A stretch of 64,000 nucleotides of DNA from Lentimicrobiaceae bacterium (GTDB taxonomy: Bacteria; Bacteroidota; Bacteroidia; Bacteroidales; UBA4417), in contig JBAZWY010000003.1 in NCBI GenBank assembly GCA_041660125.1, forward strand, positions 164,030-228,029, in the 5' to 3' direction. The translations under genes and the position numbers were made by a program. Under the pieces are notes generated by a model, which worked only from the letters and a program-made list of their open reading frames with translations, made no database searches and was not told where the DNA came from. Every line of letters starts with the position of its first letter. Position 1 is the first letter of the stretch. Shown piece after piece: positions 38,285-48,875 of this stretch.

Positions 38285-40132
38285 TTACTGAAACATCACC
38301 ACCGCCGGTTTACCTATTTCAAAATCACGGAAACCAAAATCAACCGTACGGAATGAATTTCCTTTAAAAACATTTTCCCCGATACCCGGAATAGTAGGAT
38401 AATAGGCAATAGACAGTTGAAATGTATTTATTACCAGGTTATCGTTTTTTATTAATATTCCTAACCCGATTTGCGAATACAGCTTACTGTTTCTGAATCC
38501 GGTTGCTTCATTACCAAGTCGTCCAAGTGTTAAGGTAAAATATGGCCCAAAACGGAATCCAATAAAATTCCATGGAGCATAGGATTGGGTTTGTAAAGTG
38601 ATAATCATCCGACTGACTCCTGACAATGAAGAACTGTTAAACCCATCCATTCCAAATCCATCATTTAAAGTAAGACTATCATAAGCAAAGCGGTTGATAC
38701 CAATGGTGAGCTGTGGTTTTACAAATTGCCTGAATTTCCATTTCCCTATTTCGATTAAGCCTGTAAAATAATTGATACCTGCAGTAACAACGCCTTGTTC
38801 GGCACGCGATGCGTTAAAAAAAGTTCCCGATTCGAGATTAAAGCTTAGATATCCCCAGGGATAATAATTGCCGGACGAAATTCGACCTCCAAAGTAAAAA
38901 CGGCCATGATTATTTTTTACCTGGTAACCGCCTGTCAGGCTGTAAACCCTTCCAACAGGAACATCTTCGGTTACACCAAATCTAAAGATGTATTTATCCT
39001 GAACATATTTTCGTGTTGAAATACCAATGCTTGCCAGGTAAAATTTTTCATTTGAAAAAAAATGCTCTGTATCATATGCTTCATCAGGTTTTTCGAGATA
39101 GTGTACATTTAAAAGTCGAAATGCAGAAATAAAATTAGTGGTACGATTAAATTCAGTATTCCCTTTGAAAAGCTGTATGGCATTACCTGCCCAGTAGTCC
39201 TGAATATTAAATTTAAATGGCTGCAGTACCAATGCCGAGTCATTGGCATGAATAAAATCCTTCCGGAATTGCTGCGAAAAATTTATTCCGGCTGCCCACT
39301 TTGCAAAGGGTGAAAAAAACGGGCGATCCATTCCTATGCTTCGTGTATAGTTCCCTGATTCTTCTTTGCCCATATGAAATGTTGAGCTGATATAGGTATT
39401 CCGAATGTTGGGAATATGGTAATTCAACTTGTAAGCGTAGTTGCCGACGGCATCATTCCATGTAAATTCATTTTTCGATTCGTGGCCTAAGCCCATGAAA
39501 TTGTTGTCTTTTAAATTAATGTTGATGCTGGTTGCGGAAAAGGCCCCGTCAGGAATAATACTCCATCTATCCAATTCGCGGATAAAAATATCAACAGAAT
39601 CGGAATTCTTTGCTGTAGTTGTAACAAAAAATGAAACATCGGTTACATAAGTCATGCTTCGCACAAGGCGTTCCGATTCTTTCACAAGCAACGAATCAAA
39701 TACCTGATTTCGCCGGATAAGCAGAAGGTTCCTGATAGTGATCCTTTGTGATTTTATATGAAGTTTATTCGCGTTTTTCGCAAAAGCACCTTGTTTTTTT
39801 TCAATAGTATCGGCAATCGAATATCCAAATGGATCCAACGTTTCAATATTAATATGCCTGATAATTTTTCCTTCGAAAGCGCTGTATGGTTTTCGAATCA
39901 GTTTTTTATATACTTTCTTTTTATCATTCTTTTTTTGCGAACTAACTGCTATTGGTTTAAAAAACACGTGGTACATGTACTTTGTGAACTTACGTTTCAC
40001 CGAAAACGATTCTATATTCTTATAAACTTTGGTTGAATCTTTCGTAACCGGGGTCTTTTGGGCAAATGCAAAATCATTTGTTAAAACTGAAACAAAAAAC
40101 AGTATGAAAAGTATTTTAAACCATTTTTGCAT
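38285..40132 (-). CDS. Outer-membrane beta-barrel protein, Omp85/BamA-superfamily-like
   Basis: 615 aa with a signal peptide. The POTRA-like segment IRHINIETLDPFGYS is followed by LKDNNFMGLGHE and long alternating beta-strand patterning. I did not verify family assignment by search. Confidence 0.55.
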   Translation of the reverse strand: MQKWFKILFILFFVSVLTNDFAFAQKTPVTKDSTKVYKNIESFSVKRKFTKYMYHVFFKPIAVSSQKKNDKKKVYKKLIRKPYSAFEGKIIRHINIETLDPFGYSIADTIEKKQGAFAKNANKLHIKSQRITIRNLLLIRRNQVFDSLLVKESERLVRSMTYVTDVSFFVTTTAKNSDSVDIFIRELDRWSIIPDGAFSATSININLKDNNFMGLGHESKNEFTWNDAVGNYAYKLNYHIPNIRNTYISSTFHMGKEESGNYTRSIGMDRPFFSPFAKWAAGINFSQQFRKDFIHANDSALVLQPFKFNIQDYWAGNAIQLFKGNTEFNRTTNFISAFRLLNVHYLEKPDEAYDTEHFFSNEKFYLASIGISTRKYVQDKYIFRFGVTEDVPVGRVYSLTGGYQVKNNHGRFYFGGRISSGNYYPWGYLSFNLESGTFFNASRAEQGVVTAGINYFTGLIEIGKWKFRQFVKPQLTIGINRFAYDSLTLNDGFGMDGFNSSSLSGVSRMIITLQTQSYAPWNFIGFRFGPYFTLTLGRLGNEATGFRNSKLYSQIGLGILIKNDNLVINTFQLSIAYYPTIPGIGENVFKGNSFRTVDFGFRDFEIGKPAVVMFQ

Positions 40133-40366
40133 TTGTTGTCGTTGGGTAATTTGAAAGTATCAGTTGATTGCAGGTAGGTTTCACGTTCTTACATACTGTT
40201 AAATTGGTCGGGCGTCCGAAGCCGGAAGGAGTCCTTTAACTTTTCAAAATACTGTTTAAAGAGATCTTTAACAGTTAATTATTCCATTCTTCATACACAA
40301 CAGATTTCCAGCTTTCCACTCCCGACTTCATGCTCCCGACTGCCTGTTCAGCTTCAACCTCCACCA

Positions 40367-41080
40367 CTACTTCTTCTTCTCTTCCGCTTTCTCTTTCAGC
40401 TTTTCAGCGTCTCTTGCTTTCTTTTTAAAGTATCCTTTTAAGAAAATATTATGCTTAACTGCTTTCATGTTTTCATCCAGTCCCTTGGAACTTGTTTTAA
40501 GGTTCTCAATGGTTTGATTCAGATTTTCAGCGATGGCCGTATCCTGAATCAGCCTGCCCAGTGTTCCCTGCCCGGTGTTTATATAGGACATAATATCAGC
40601 AAGTTGCTCCGAAATAACTTCGGCGTTAGCCGCTGTCACCTCCAGGCTTGCCATGATGGCATCCGTTTCAACAGGCTCGGTTGATATGAGTTTTTGACCT
40701 TCTTTCGCTAAAGGCGCTTCGGTACTGCCTTGGGTAATGACCAGGAGCCGGTCACCAATAATTCCTTCGGAACCAATGGCAACCTGACAATCGGATTTTA
40801 TAAACTGGTGAACTTCTTTCCTGACCAACATATCAACCCTTACGGTTGAATCATTTATGATGACGATATTGTCAACTGTGCCAACATTAATGCCTGAAAA
40901 ACGGATGTTGTTTCCAACCTGCAACCCGCTAACATTATAAAACGTTGTAGTGAGTTTAAAAACAGGATTAAACAGGTTTTTTTGTCTCCCGATTATAAAA
41001 ATGGCCAGTACAAAAATAGCCAGTCCTCCTGCGACAAAAAAGCCTAAGCGTATTTTAAATTTTTGTGAGTGCGTTTCCAT
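40367..41080 (-). CDS. mlaD: MlaD/MCE-family substrate-binding protein (operon 1)
   Basis: 237 aa. It has an N-terminal TM, an MCE core (NVSGLQVGNNIRFSGINVGTVDNI) and a helical tail. Confidence 0.82.
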   Translation of the reverse strand: METHSQKFKIRLGFFVAGGLAIFVLAIFIIGRQKNLFNPVFKLTTTFYNVSGLQVGNNIRFSGINVGTVDNIVIINDSTVRVDMLVRKEVHQFIKSDCQVAIGSEGIIGDRLLVITQGSTEAPLAKEGQKLISTEPVETDAIMASLEVTAANAEVISEQLADIMSYINTGQGTLGRLIQDTAIAENLNQTIENLKTSSKGLDENMKAVKHNIFLKGYFKKKARDAEKLKEKAEEKKK

Positions 41081-41130
41081 TGGATGTGTTTTTTTAGGCT
41101 AGTTGAGTATTTATGTTGGTTATTCGTTAA

Positions 41131-41356
41131 TTGATCATTTGTCATTCGATGGTCATTCAGTTGTTGAGGATAAAGTTTTTGAGCTTTGGGAGATTGGTGA
41201 GTTGTCATTCGATGGTCATTCAATTGTCGTTAGACAAGAACTTTGAGTTATTGAGGTTATTGGAGAGTTGGTATATTTTACATTAAAAGGGATTTGTGAT
41301 TTGTGCTCTGTGAGTTTTGATTTATGACCAGCGACCAGTGACTAGTAACCAGTAAC
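41131..41356. repeat. Block of direct and short tandem repeats between the mlaF and mlaD genes of operon 1
   Basis: GTCATTCGATGGTCATTCA(G/A)TTGT occurs at 41141-41164 and 41204-41227. gatttgtgatttgtg and gaccagcgaccagtgactagtaaccagtaac lie at 41291-41356. Confidence 0.85.
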
Positions 41357-41376
41357 TTAGAAATTGATAATGATTT

Positions 41377-42159
41377 TTAGTTGAAAAATGACTTTATCAG
41401 CGGGTCGGCTGAGTGTTCAAAGTCTTTGAGTTTTCCTTCCTTGTAAACTTCCCCTTCGGCCAGCATGATCATCCGGTCGGAAGTTGCAAGCGCGCATTTG
41501 ATATCATGGGTTATGATGAGAGATGAGGTTTTATATTTTTTCTGGACTTCATTAATGAGTTCACTTATTTCATCAGAAGTTACAGGATCAAGTCCTGTGG
41601 TGGGTTCGTCGTAAAGCATGATCATAGGGTCCACAACAATGGTGCGTGCAAGGCTTATCCGCTTGCGCATACCGCCCGAAAGTTGCGAAGGCATTTTATG
41701 CAGTGCATCAGCCAGACCAACATTTTCGAGAACTTCATTGATTTTTTCTGCCATTTCTTTTTCTGAGAGGTTCTTTCTTATCCTGCGCAACGGGAATTCC
41801 AGGTTCTCTTTCACCGTCATGGAATCATATAGTGCGCCACTTTGAAAAAGGAAACCTATTTTCTGCCTCAATTCGCTCATTTCCATTGTATTCAAGGTAG
41901 TTACATTTTTATTGAACACGTTTATAGTGCCACCATCGGGGCGCAACAAACCAACAATACATTTTATCAGAACCGACTTGCCACTGCCTGATTTTCCCAG
42001 CACTACCAGGTTTTGGCCATTAAAAAGCTTTAACGAAACATCTTTTAATACTTCGTTTGAACCAAATGATTTTTTCAGGTGGTTTATTTCAATAACCGGC
42101 TCTTTGCCCGGAATTTTTGATACAGCCTCAACTGTGGTTTCAGTTTGTTCCATCATCAT
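41377..42159 (-). CDS. mlaF: MlaF-like ABC transporter ATP-binding protein (operon 1)
   Basis: 260 aa. Walker A GKSGSGKS, signature LSGGMRKRISLAR, Walker B IMLYDEPTTGLDP. Confidence 0.88.
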   Translation of the reverse strand: MMMEQTETTVEAVSKIPGKEPVIEINHLKKSFGSNEVLKDVSLKLFNGQNLVVLGKSGSGKSVLIKCIVGLLRPDGGTINVFNKNVTTLNTMEMSELRQKIGFLFQSGALYDSMTVKENLEFPLRRIRKNLSEKEMAEKINEVLENVGLADALHKMPSQLSGGMRKRISLARTIVVDPMIMLYDEPTTGLDPVTSDEISELINEVQKKYKTSSLIITHDIKCALATSDRMIMLAEGEVYKEGKLKDFEHSADPLIKSFFN

Positions 42160-43019
42160 GATGTTAGCATATCAGTAAACTGTACGGCAATCATATCCAC
42201 AATTATTACCAGGAGTGATGCCAATACTACGGCAGAATTTGCCGCAACACCGACACTTTCAGTTCCACGCCCGGCATTATACCCTTTGTAGGTTCCTACC
42301 AATCCGATTACGGCCCCGAAGAAAAATGATTTTATAAAGGCAGGTAAGAAATCCATAAAATTAACGGAAGCAAATGCCTGGTGGAAAAACAGGACAAACG
42401 AAACACTGCCTTTTATATTGGCTCCTGCCCAACTGCCTAATATACCAAATGCATCGGCATACAAAATCAGGAGCGGAATCATAAGCGTTGCTGCCAACAC
42501 ACGAGTTACAACTAAAAATTTCATGGGATTAGTTGAAGATACTTCCATAGCATCAATCTGCTCGGTTACTTTCATTGAACCCAGTTCGGCTCCCATGCCT
42601 GAACCGATTTTCCCTGCGCAGATCAATGCGGTTATAACCGGTCCCATTTCCCTGATCAGCGAAACTGCCACCATACCGGGAAGCATACTAACCGCTCCAA
42701 AATCAATAAGTACCGGTCTTGATTGAATGGTAAGCACCAGGCCCATGATGGCTCCTGTTACCGAAATCAATGGCAGTGACTTGTAACCGATCTGAAAACA
42801 CTGGCGAAAGAATTCTTTAAACTCGAAGCCGCGCGAGAATGTTTCTTTTACAATTCGCGTTAAAAACAGTATTACATCGGCAAAATCAGTCAGGAAACCG
42901 CCAGCGGCTTCGGTTTTTTTCAGTGTTTTATCACTGAGCTTACTCATGGATTGCACGGTAGCCACCCTAATCTTTGGAATAGCCTTTCGTACGGGACCTG
43001 TATTTTTTATTTTCTCCAT
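42156..43019 (-). CDS. mlaE: MlaE-family ABC permease (operon 1)
   Basis: 287 aa. The conserved block is REMGPVITALICAGKIGSGMGAELGSMKVTEQIDAMEVS. It overlaps mlaF by 4 nt. Confidence 0.88.
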   Translation of the reverse strand: MEKIKNTGPVRKAIPKIRVATVQSMSKLSDKTLKKTEAAGGFLTDFADVILFLTRIVKETFSRGFEFKEFFRQCFQIGYKSLPLISVTGAIMGLVLTIQSRPVLIDFGAVSMLPGMVAVSLIREMGPVITALICAGKIGSGMGAELGSMKVTEQIDAMEVSSTNPMKFLVVTRVLAATLMIPLLILYADAFGILGSWAGANIKGSVSFVLFFHQAFASVNFMDFLPAFIKSFFFGAVIGLVGTYKGYNAGRGTESVGVAANSAVVLASLLVIIVDMIAVQFTDMLTS

Positions 43020-43125
43020 GCCTTAGCGTATGATGTTAAAAGCAATTTATTTTCAATCAGATAATTTTTCATTTCCTTTAAATAGAAAATGCCGGACGCA
43101 ATGTTCCTTACTATTTGAATGTGAA

Positions 43126-43192
43126 CAAAATTACATGCAAACCACAGTGAAAGTGTTACATAACTATTTCAATAATTTACATGATTCACACA
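43126..43192 (-). promoter_or_regulatory. Island promoter module P3
   Basis: The minus strand reads TGTGTGAATCATGTAAA-N12-TTATGTAACAC-N19-TAATTTTG. It lies about 105 nt upstream of the mlaE start at 43019. Confidence 0.78.
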
Positions 43193-43257
43193 TTGAATCA
43201 AAGTGATAAAATGTTGTTTATTATACTTAGTGTGGGATAAAATCACGCATTCAGAAA

Positions 43258-43357
43258 AATCCAAGTCCCAAGTCCCAAATCTAAAGAACCAAGACCTACT
43301 CTAAATTCCCTCTTGGAATTTTGAGTTTGGAATTTGGAATTTGGAATTTGGGACTTA
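43258..43357. repeat. Hairpin with tandem-repeat arms (CCAAGTCC / TTTGGAAT octamers)
   Basis: tccaagtcccaagtcccaaatc is followed by tttggaatttggaatttggaatttgggactt. It lies directly downstream of the stop of the 43410..44393 gene. Confidence 0.85.
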
Positions 43358-43409
43358 ATGGATGAGGAAATTTATCCCGTTTTCATTATATATTGAAAAT
43401 CTTAATGGA

Positions 43410-44393
43410 TTACTTCTCAGTCGCTTCACTTACTTTCGCATCCTCTTTTGTCTTCTTCTTAAAATACCCTTTCAGCAAAAAATTACTCTGTGCTGCTTTA
43501 AGATCTTCATCCAGTTTCTGAGAGCTGGCTTCAAGATTTTTGATGGTCTGTTTTATACGTGCACCTGATTCCTCATCGCGCAACAATATACCAATTGAAG
43601 TATTAGGATTAGTGCCTGCTTGTTTAAGATCAGCAATAAACGCTGTAGCTGTATCCGCAATCTGTTGCAACTGAAGCACGGAAGCTTTCACAGATTTAAA
43701 GACTACTGTATCTGTTGTTAATTCATTGGCCAGTGTCCCTTTTTTATTCAGGCCCGAACTGAAAGTGGCAAGCGAACTCACCAATTCCTGTGCTTTCGCA
43801 GATGCAGTCTGAAGCGATGCAGTGGCAGCGTTGATTTGGGTGTAAACGGCATCGTCGGTCAGAAATTTGCCGATGGTGCCTTCGCCGGCAGCTAAATTTT
43901 TACTGATCACTTTAAAATCGTTAGTGATAGCGAGGAAGTTTTTGTTGTTTTCCTGTAATGTATTGATCATATCTTCCGAAGTAAAAGTCTTTTCCACGCC
44001 TAAGATGTCTCCTTCCTGAACCTGGCCCGAACTCATTGTGCCTCCGTAAATAACCAGGATTTTATTCCCGATAAGCCCATCACTGCTTAATTTAACCTTT
44101 GAATCTTTACGGATATACCTCTGAGCTTTTACTTCAATCTTCATAGTTACTTCCACCTGTGAAGTTCCATGAAAACTCAGACTGCTCACAGTTCCTATTT
44201 TTACACCTGAAAACCATACGTTATTCCCTTTTTGTAAGCCCCCCACATCATCGAAAAGTGAACCAATTTCCATTTTGGTTTTAAAAGTTTCGTGAAGGTT
44301 ACCTACCATAAGGATTCCCGCAATAAAAATCAATATGCCTGTGATGATAAAAACTCCCACTATTACTGCTCGTCTGTTTGATGATTCATTCAT
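43410..44393 (-). CDS. mlaD: MlaD/MCE-family protein with a long helical C-terminal extension (operon 2)
   Basis: 327 aa. It has a TM segment and an MCE core (DVGGLQKGNNVWFSGVKIGTVSSL). Confidence 0.82.
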   Translation of the reverse strand: MNESSNRRAVIVGVFIITGILIFIAGILMVGNLHETFKTKMEIGSLFDDVGGLQKGNNVWFSGVKIGTVSSLSFHGTSQVEVTMKIEVKAQRYIRKDSKVKLSSDGLIGNKILVIYGGTMSSGQVQEGDILGVEKTFTSEDMINTLQENNKNFLAITNDFKVISKNLAAGEGTIGKFLTDDAVYTQINAATASLQTASAKAQELVSSLATFSSGLNKKGTLANELTTDTVVFKSVKASVLQLQQIADTATAFIADLKQAGTNPNTSIGILLRDEESGARIKQTIKNLEASSQKLDEDLKAAQSNFLLKGYFKKKTKEDAKVSEATEK

Positions 44394-44396
44394 GGC

Positions 44397-45173
44397 TTAT
44401 TGTATAAAATTGTAATTGAAAAAACCTTTTACCTGTTCATTATCCGAATCAAATACTTCTGCAAAGGATCCGACTTTTAAAAACCGGCCTTCGAGCAACA
44501 TTGCAATCCGGTTTCCCGTATTTTTGGCACATGTAAGGTCGTGAGTTATAATAACGGAACTGGTATTGTATTTGAGCTGGACTTCATTAATAAGTTCAAT
44601 AATTTCCGCACTTGTAACCGGATCGAGTCCCGATGTGGGTTCATCATACAGCATAATTTCGGGCTTCAGTATTAATGTGCGTGCTATCCCAATTCGTTTT
44701 CGTTGTCCACCCGAAAGGTCCGATGGCAGTTGGTTTGCTTTGTCCTTTAAACCGACAGCTTCCAGCACTTCATCCAGCACTTCATCCACATCTTTTTTAC
44801 TCAGGTTCTTCCTGTTCATGGTTAGCGGGAAAGCCAGGTTATGGTAAACATTCATGCTGTCGTATAAGGCACTGCTCTGGAACGAAAACCCGATACGCAA
44901 CCGCAATGCATCCAACTCTTTTCGTTCGAGTTTATCTACATGTTGGCCAAGCACCAGCACTTCACCTTTATCAGGTTTCAGCAAACCCACAATTATTTTT
45001 ATTAACACAGATTTCCCTGTGCCTGATTTACCTAGCACAGCGATATTCTCACCTTTAAAAAGCTCAAAATCAATTCCTTTCAATACATGCAATTCGCCAA
45101 ACGACTTGTATAATCCACTGATTGAAATAACCGGCTTATCATAATCTATAGTATGTTGTTTCAGTTCTTCCAT
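44397..45173 (-). CDS. mlaF: MlaF-like ABC transporter ATP-binding protein (operon 2)
   Basis: 258 aa. Walker A GKSGTGKS, signature LSGGQRKRIGIAR, Walker B IMLYDEPTSGLDP. Confidence 0.88.
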   Translation of the reverse strand: MEELKQHTIDYDKPVISISGLYKSFGELHVLKGIDFELFKGENIAVLGKSGTGKSVLIKIIVGLLKPDKGEVLVLGQHVDKLERKELDALRLRIGFSFQSSALYDSMNVYHNLAFPLTMNRKNLSKKDVDEVLDEVLEAVGLKDKANQLPSDLSGGQRKRIGIARTLILKPEIMLYDEPTSGLDPVTSAEIIELINEVQLKYNTSSVIITHDLTCAKNTGNRIAMLLEGRFLKVGSFAEVFDSDNEQVKGFFNYNFIQ

Positions 45174-45177
45174 CGCT

Positions 45178-45972
45178 TTAAAAATATCGGATCCAGTTCG
45201 CTAACTGAACAATGATAAGTTCCTCAATAAATATCAGGAACATGGCAAGCACAACAGCCTGGTTCGCCGCTTTGCCTACGCCCCGGGTTCCCTGTGTGGC
45301 ATTAAATCCTTTGTAAGCCCCAACCATTCCGATGGTAAAACCGTAAACAAGTGCTTTGGTTACAGAGGTAAATATGTCGAGAAAACTGATGGTTGAAAAT
45401 GCGCTTTGGTAGAAGCTAATAATGCTGCTGGCTTCCTCCGTATGAACATTCACGTACGAGCCATACAACCCGACAAAGCTGCAATACAGCGACAGGATGG
45501 GAATGGTGATTGTGGTAGCCAACACCCGTGTAACCACAAGGTATTTAAACGGATTGATTGCCGATACTTCCATGGCATCAATCTGCTCGGTTACTTTCAT
45601 GGAACCCAGTTCGGCGCCTATACTCGATCCCACTTTGCCGGCGCAGATAAGCGCCGTAACCAAAGGCCCCAATGCTCTTACCAGTGCAATACCGATTAAC
45701 GAAGGCAGCCACGATGTAGCTCCGAAATCCTCCAGCGAAGGACGCGATTGTTTTGTAAAAACCACGCCAACTATAAATCCTGTAAGTGTAATTAAAGGCA
45801 GTGACTTTAATCCGACTTCGAAGCTTTGGTTTATTACTTCACGAAGGTGAAACGGCGTTTTAAAAGCTTCTTTAAAGAATAAAGCAACAAAACTCCAGGC
45901 GCTTTGAACGCCTTCAAAATACTGGTCGATTCCTTTTGAAAACAGGTATTCCCTTTTCGTAAAAATTGCCAT
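45178..45972 (-). CDS. mlaE: MlaE-family ABC permease (operon 2)
   Basis: 264 aa. The conserved block is RALGPLVTALICAGKVGSSIGAELGSMKVTEQIDAMEVS. Confidence 0.88.
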   Translation of the reverse strand: MAIFTKREYLFSKGIDQYFEGVQSAWSFVALFFKEAFKTPFHLREVINQSFEVGLKSLPLITLTGFIVGVVFTKQSRPSLEDFGATSWLPSLIGIALVRALGPLVTALICAGKVGSSIGAELGSMKVTEQIDAMEVSAINPFKYLVVTRVLATTITIPILSLYCSFVGLYGSYVNVHTEEASSIISFYQSAFSTISFLDIFTSVTKALVYGFTIGMVGAYKGFNATQGTRGVGKAANQAVVLAMFLIFIEELIIVQLANWIRYF

Positions 45973-46105
45973 TTAGAATTCAGGTATTGTAGAAGTGACT
46001 GATTTTAATGAAACCGTTAGAGTTAAAGATTGCTGAGCTTATTGTAATTGAATTGTTTCCAGCTCTCCTGATATTTTCAGGACTTAGTACCTCTAAATTA
46101 GATTA

Positions 46106-46172
46106 CAAAGGTGAAAACATCTAAAACATAACGTGTTACATAACTTTTTAAATTTGTTATATAATTCACACA
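46106..46172 (-). promoter_or_regulatory. Island promoter module P4
   Basis: The minus strand reads TGTGTGAATTATATAAC-N12-TTATGTAACAC-N19-CACCTTTG. It lies about 130 nt upstream of the mlaE start at 45972. Confidence 0.78.
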
Positions 46173-46394
46173 TAACCAAAGTCATTTGAAGGAATTTGCA
46201 TAGATCAGGCTGTTTCAAAACATATTTCAACGCACAAGTTCACAAAGGGTGCGCAAACATGCCTGGCCGCAAAAAGGGAACCGAAAAGACACTTTATTGA
46301 TGTAGGAATCTCTGCGAAACTCTGCGATTAGACTCAGCGGTCCTCTGCGTTTAAACTTTATGGGTTGAGACAGCTTCAGAGGATCATGTGCTTT

Positions 46395-48821
46395 TTATAA
46401 CACACTCCTATTTTTGCTGCGCTGTTTCTTAAAAAGATTCCTCGGCGCCCTGTCATTTAATTCATTCATTTTCGTATTGGCATCCCACAGCTTTTTGGGA
46501 AATTCTCCCTTGTAAACAATTTTATAGAATGAAAACCCATTATACGGAATCACGTTTTGGCCGGCATTAATTTTTATACGTTTCGCAACATCCCTTTCCT
46601 TGAAATACGAAAGGAAAGCGGTTTCCCTTTCTTTATTTAACTGATTGTATTTTGATTCAACAAGTTTCCCGAGCAGCCTTGTGCATTTATCTTGTACTGT
46701 GAACAACATTGAATCAGCTGTTTGTTTATTTAAATAGCTGATAAACTTTTCATCTTTAATCGACATTTTTTCAACTGATTCTGCATCTTCCCTGCTAAAG
46801 TCCGTTTCGTTTTTACTTTTGGTAGTCATGAAATATTTTTTCTTAGCCTCATAAATCAGGATATATTCTTTTTCCTTAACGGAATATTGTTGTGGCGAAA
46901 CAGCAATAGTTGCATCCGGATTTTTGACGAGGAAGTCAGCCATTTGTTCAATAAACTTTTTCTGCAGCTTGGTAAGTGAACTGCCCCGCATTTCCCATTT
47001 CACGGTAAGTGATTTTTCGATTTCAGTTTCTGTATTTTTTACTTCCATCCGGTATGCTGTGGTTGCAGGTTTAACAAAGATATTTCCGAGCACATCGATA
47101 ATCACATCATACAAATTAAATTTCGGATCCTTTAAATCACCGCTTATCGGGACTTCGTAATCAATCACATTACCTCGTTCGCGCATAAAAGCCATGATGA
47201 GCCGCATGGGAAGTCGTACAATACCTTTGGTTTTTTCCCGCTTTGTTAACCTGGGATCAATGATCACCAGGTGGTTGTCGCTTTTAATATTACCGTTTCT
47301 GACATGCCATGTGCCTTTTAATGAAAGTGTTCCCCGATCGAGAGGGAACGAAGTGTATTGAATCAGGTACGGATTAAACAGTGCAACAGGTAGTTTCTGG
47401 AGTAAATAATTCAGGTCAAAATCAGAGCTGTCGTTTGGATTTATGCTAAGGGCTACCGTCGCATTTCCATAAGGCTGAATGCCTGATTTAATAGAAACGC
47501 TGACTCTTTTTTGGTTTTTGGTAATGGAATCAGCCTGCGCATAAAGTGGGTTTAAATGCATGGAGAATTTTTCACTTAACGAATAATCATTGAACTCCAG
47601 GTCACCGTTGTATATGGCCAGCCGGTTAATTTTGTAATTACTCCGGAAGAAATTCTGCGACAGTCGTTTTATATAATTACCTATTTCGAGAACAAGGTTA
47701 AATTTGGCTCCTGGTGACTGCGTAACAGCTGCTTTGGTTTCTTCCGAAACAAACATTCGTGTAAGGTTATCGAGGTAATCGTAACGCTCATATTTGAAAT
47801 AGGGATTATTGAGCGACACTGAATCAAAAATGTATTTTTCATTTTTCGGACTAAGCTCGAATATAGCTAAAGCCAGTTTATGAAAGGAAGCATAATCTTC
47901 GCCTGGTCTTTCGCCTGTGCGAAAATCGTTAATTGCCAAAAGTCCCCTGAAAGTTACATTCTCAGCAGTTTTAAAGCTACCCTTAACTTTCAGGTCTGCG
48001 TCAATATTACCTTTGAAATATCCGAAATTGGTTAACTCCTTAAGGTATTGTTCCAGGATTTCCAGGTCGAATTTTTGAGCCACCACGGCCAGCCGGTAAT
48101 CGAGACTTTTAATATTGATGGTAAAATTTCCACTCATACTTCCGCCTCCGATGCCTGATAGAAACGAAAATTTTGCTGCTATTGTGTCAGCATCCCAATG
48201 GATGCCTGTACTTTCGATATTTACTTTTTTGATAAAGTAATTTATAGGTGTAACCCTTTCACGGTAATAGAATTCGCCATCCACTATTTTAATCTTGAGA
48301 ATACTGAAGTGAACTGGTGCTGAAGCCTTAATGGAATCAACTTTCGGGGAAAACTTTTTAATCAGGTCATCAAAATTCAAATCATTATCAATCTGAATAA
48401 TAATCCCTTGCGGTTTATTTAATGTTAGCTCACTGATTTGATAGGTTTTGGAGAAGAGCTTCCATATTTCAAAATTTGCACTGACACCTTTTGCAGAAAG
48501 GAAAATGCTGTCGCTTTGAAATTCATGAATTTTAAAGTTATTGAAATGAACATATCCGGTAAACGGGTTAACATAGGCCCAGTCCATCGTAATTTGCCGT
48601 CCGGTATATTTTAAGTCATATTTTTCGACCAGATACTTTGCTATTGGTGAAATAAGGATAATTACCAAGCCTGCTAAAACAATAAGTAAACTAATAAAAA
48701 TAAGAAGCGCTTTCAATGGTTTTGGCATATGCTTTCGCAGAAGGAATTTGCTACCTCTGGATTTGAAGGCAGTTACTATTCTTCTGAAAAAAGCAAAGAG
48801 TGGATTTGTTTTAAACGGCAT
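46395..48821 (-). CDS. DUF748/AsmA-like large envelope protein with an N-terminal membrane anchor
   Basis: 808 aa. It has a single TM (ALLIFISLLIVLAGLVIILISPI), then long beta-rich repeats of the type seen in DUF748/AsmA-family proteins. I assigned the family by eye only. Confidence 0.6.
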   Translation of the reverse strand: MPFKTNPLFAFFRRIVTAFKSRGSKFLLRKHMPKPLKALLIFISLLIVLAGLVIILISPIAKYLVEKYDLKYTGRQITMDWAYVNPFTGYVHFNNFKIHEFQSDSIFLSAKGVSANFEIWKLFSKTYQISELTLNKPQGIIIQIDNDLNFDDLIKKFSPKVDSIKASAPVHFSILKIKIVDGEFYYRERVTPINYFIKKVNIESTGIHWDADTIAAKFSFLSGIGGGSMSGNFTINIKSLDYRLAVVAQKFDLEILEQYLKELTNFGYFKGNIDADLKVKGSFKTAENVTFRGLLAINDFRTGERPGEDYASFHKLALAIFELSPKNEKYIFDSVSLNNPYFKYERYDYLDNLTRMFVSEETKAAVTQSPGAKFNLVLEIGNYIKRLSQNFFRSNYKINRLAIYNGDLEFNDYSLSEKFSMHLNPLYAQADSITKNQKRVSVSIKSGIQPYGNATVALSINPNDSSDFDLNYLLQKLPVALFNPYLIQYTSFPLDRGTLSLKGTWHVRNGNIKSDNHLVIIDPRLTKREKTKGIVRLPMRLIMAFMRERGNVIDYEVPISGDLKDPKFNLYDVIIDVLGNIFVKPATTAYRMEVKNTETEIEKSLTVKWEMRGSSLTKLQKKFIEQMADFLVKNPDATIAVSPQQYSVKEKEYILIYEAKKKYFMTTKSKNETDFSREDAESVEKMSIKDEKFISYLNKQTADSMLFTVQDKCTRLLGKLVESKYNQLNKERETAFLSYFKERDVAKRIKINAGQNVIPYNGFSFYKIVYKGEFPKKLWDANTKMNELNDRAPRNLFKKQRSKNRSVL

Positions 48822-48875
48822 TTAATTAAATGATTTTCTTTTTGATCTGCTTTCAACAGAACTCAAAATTTCTTG

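Noticed and set aside
40133-41376. TGTAAG / TGTAAA half-sites lie upstream of the Omp85-like gene (about 40185) and of the operon-1 mlaD (about 41285).
   Set aside because: In both cases the partner repeat, the TGTGTGAAT extension and the fixed-distance TTTG box are all missing.
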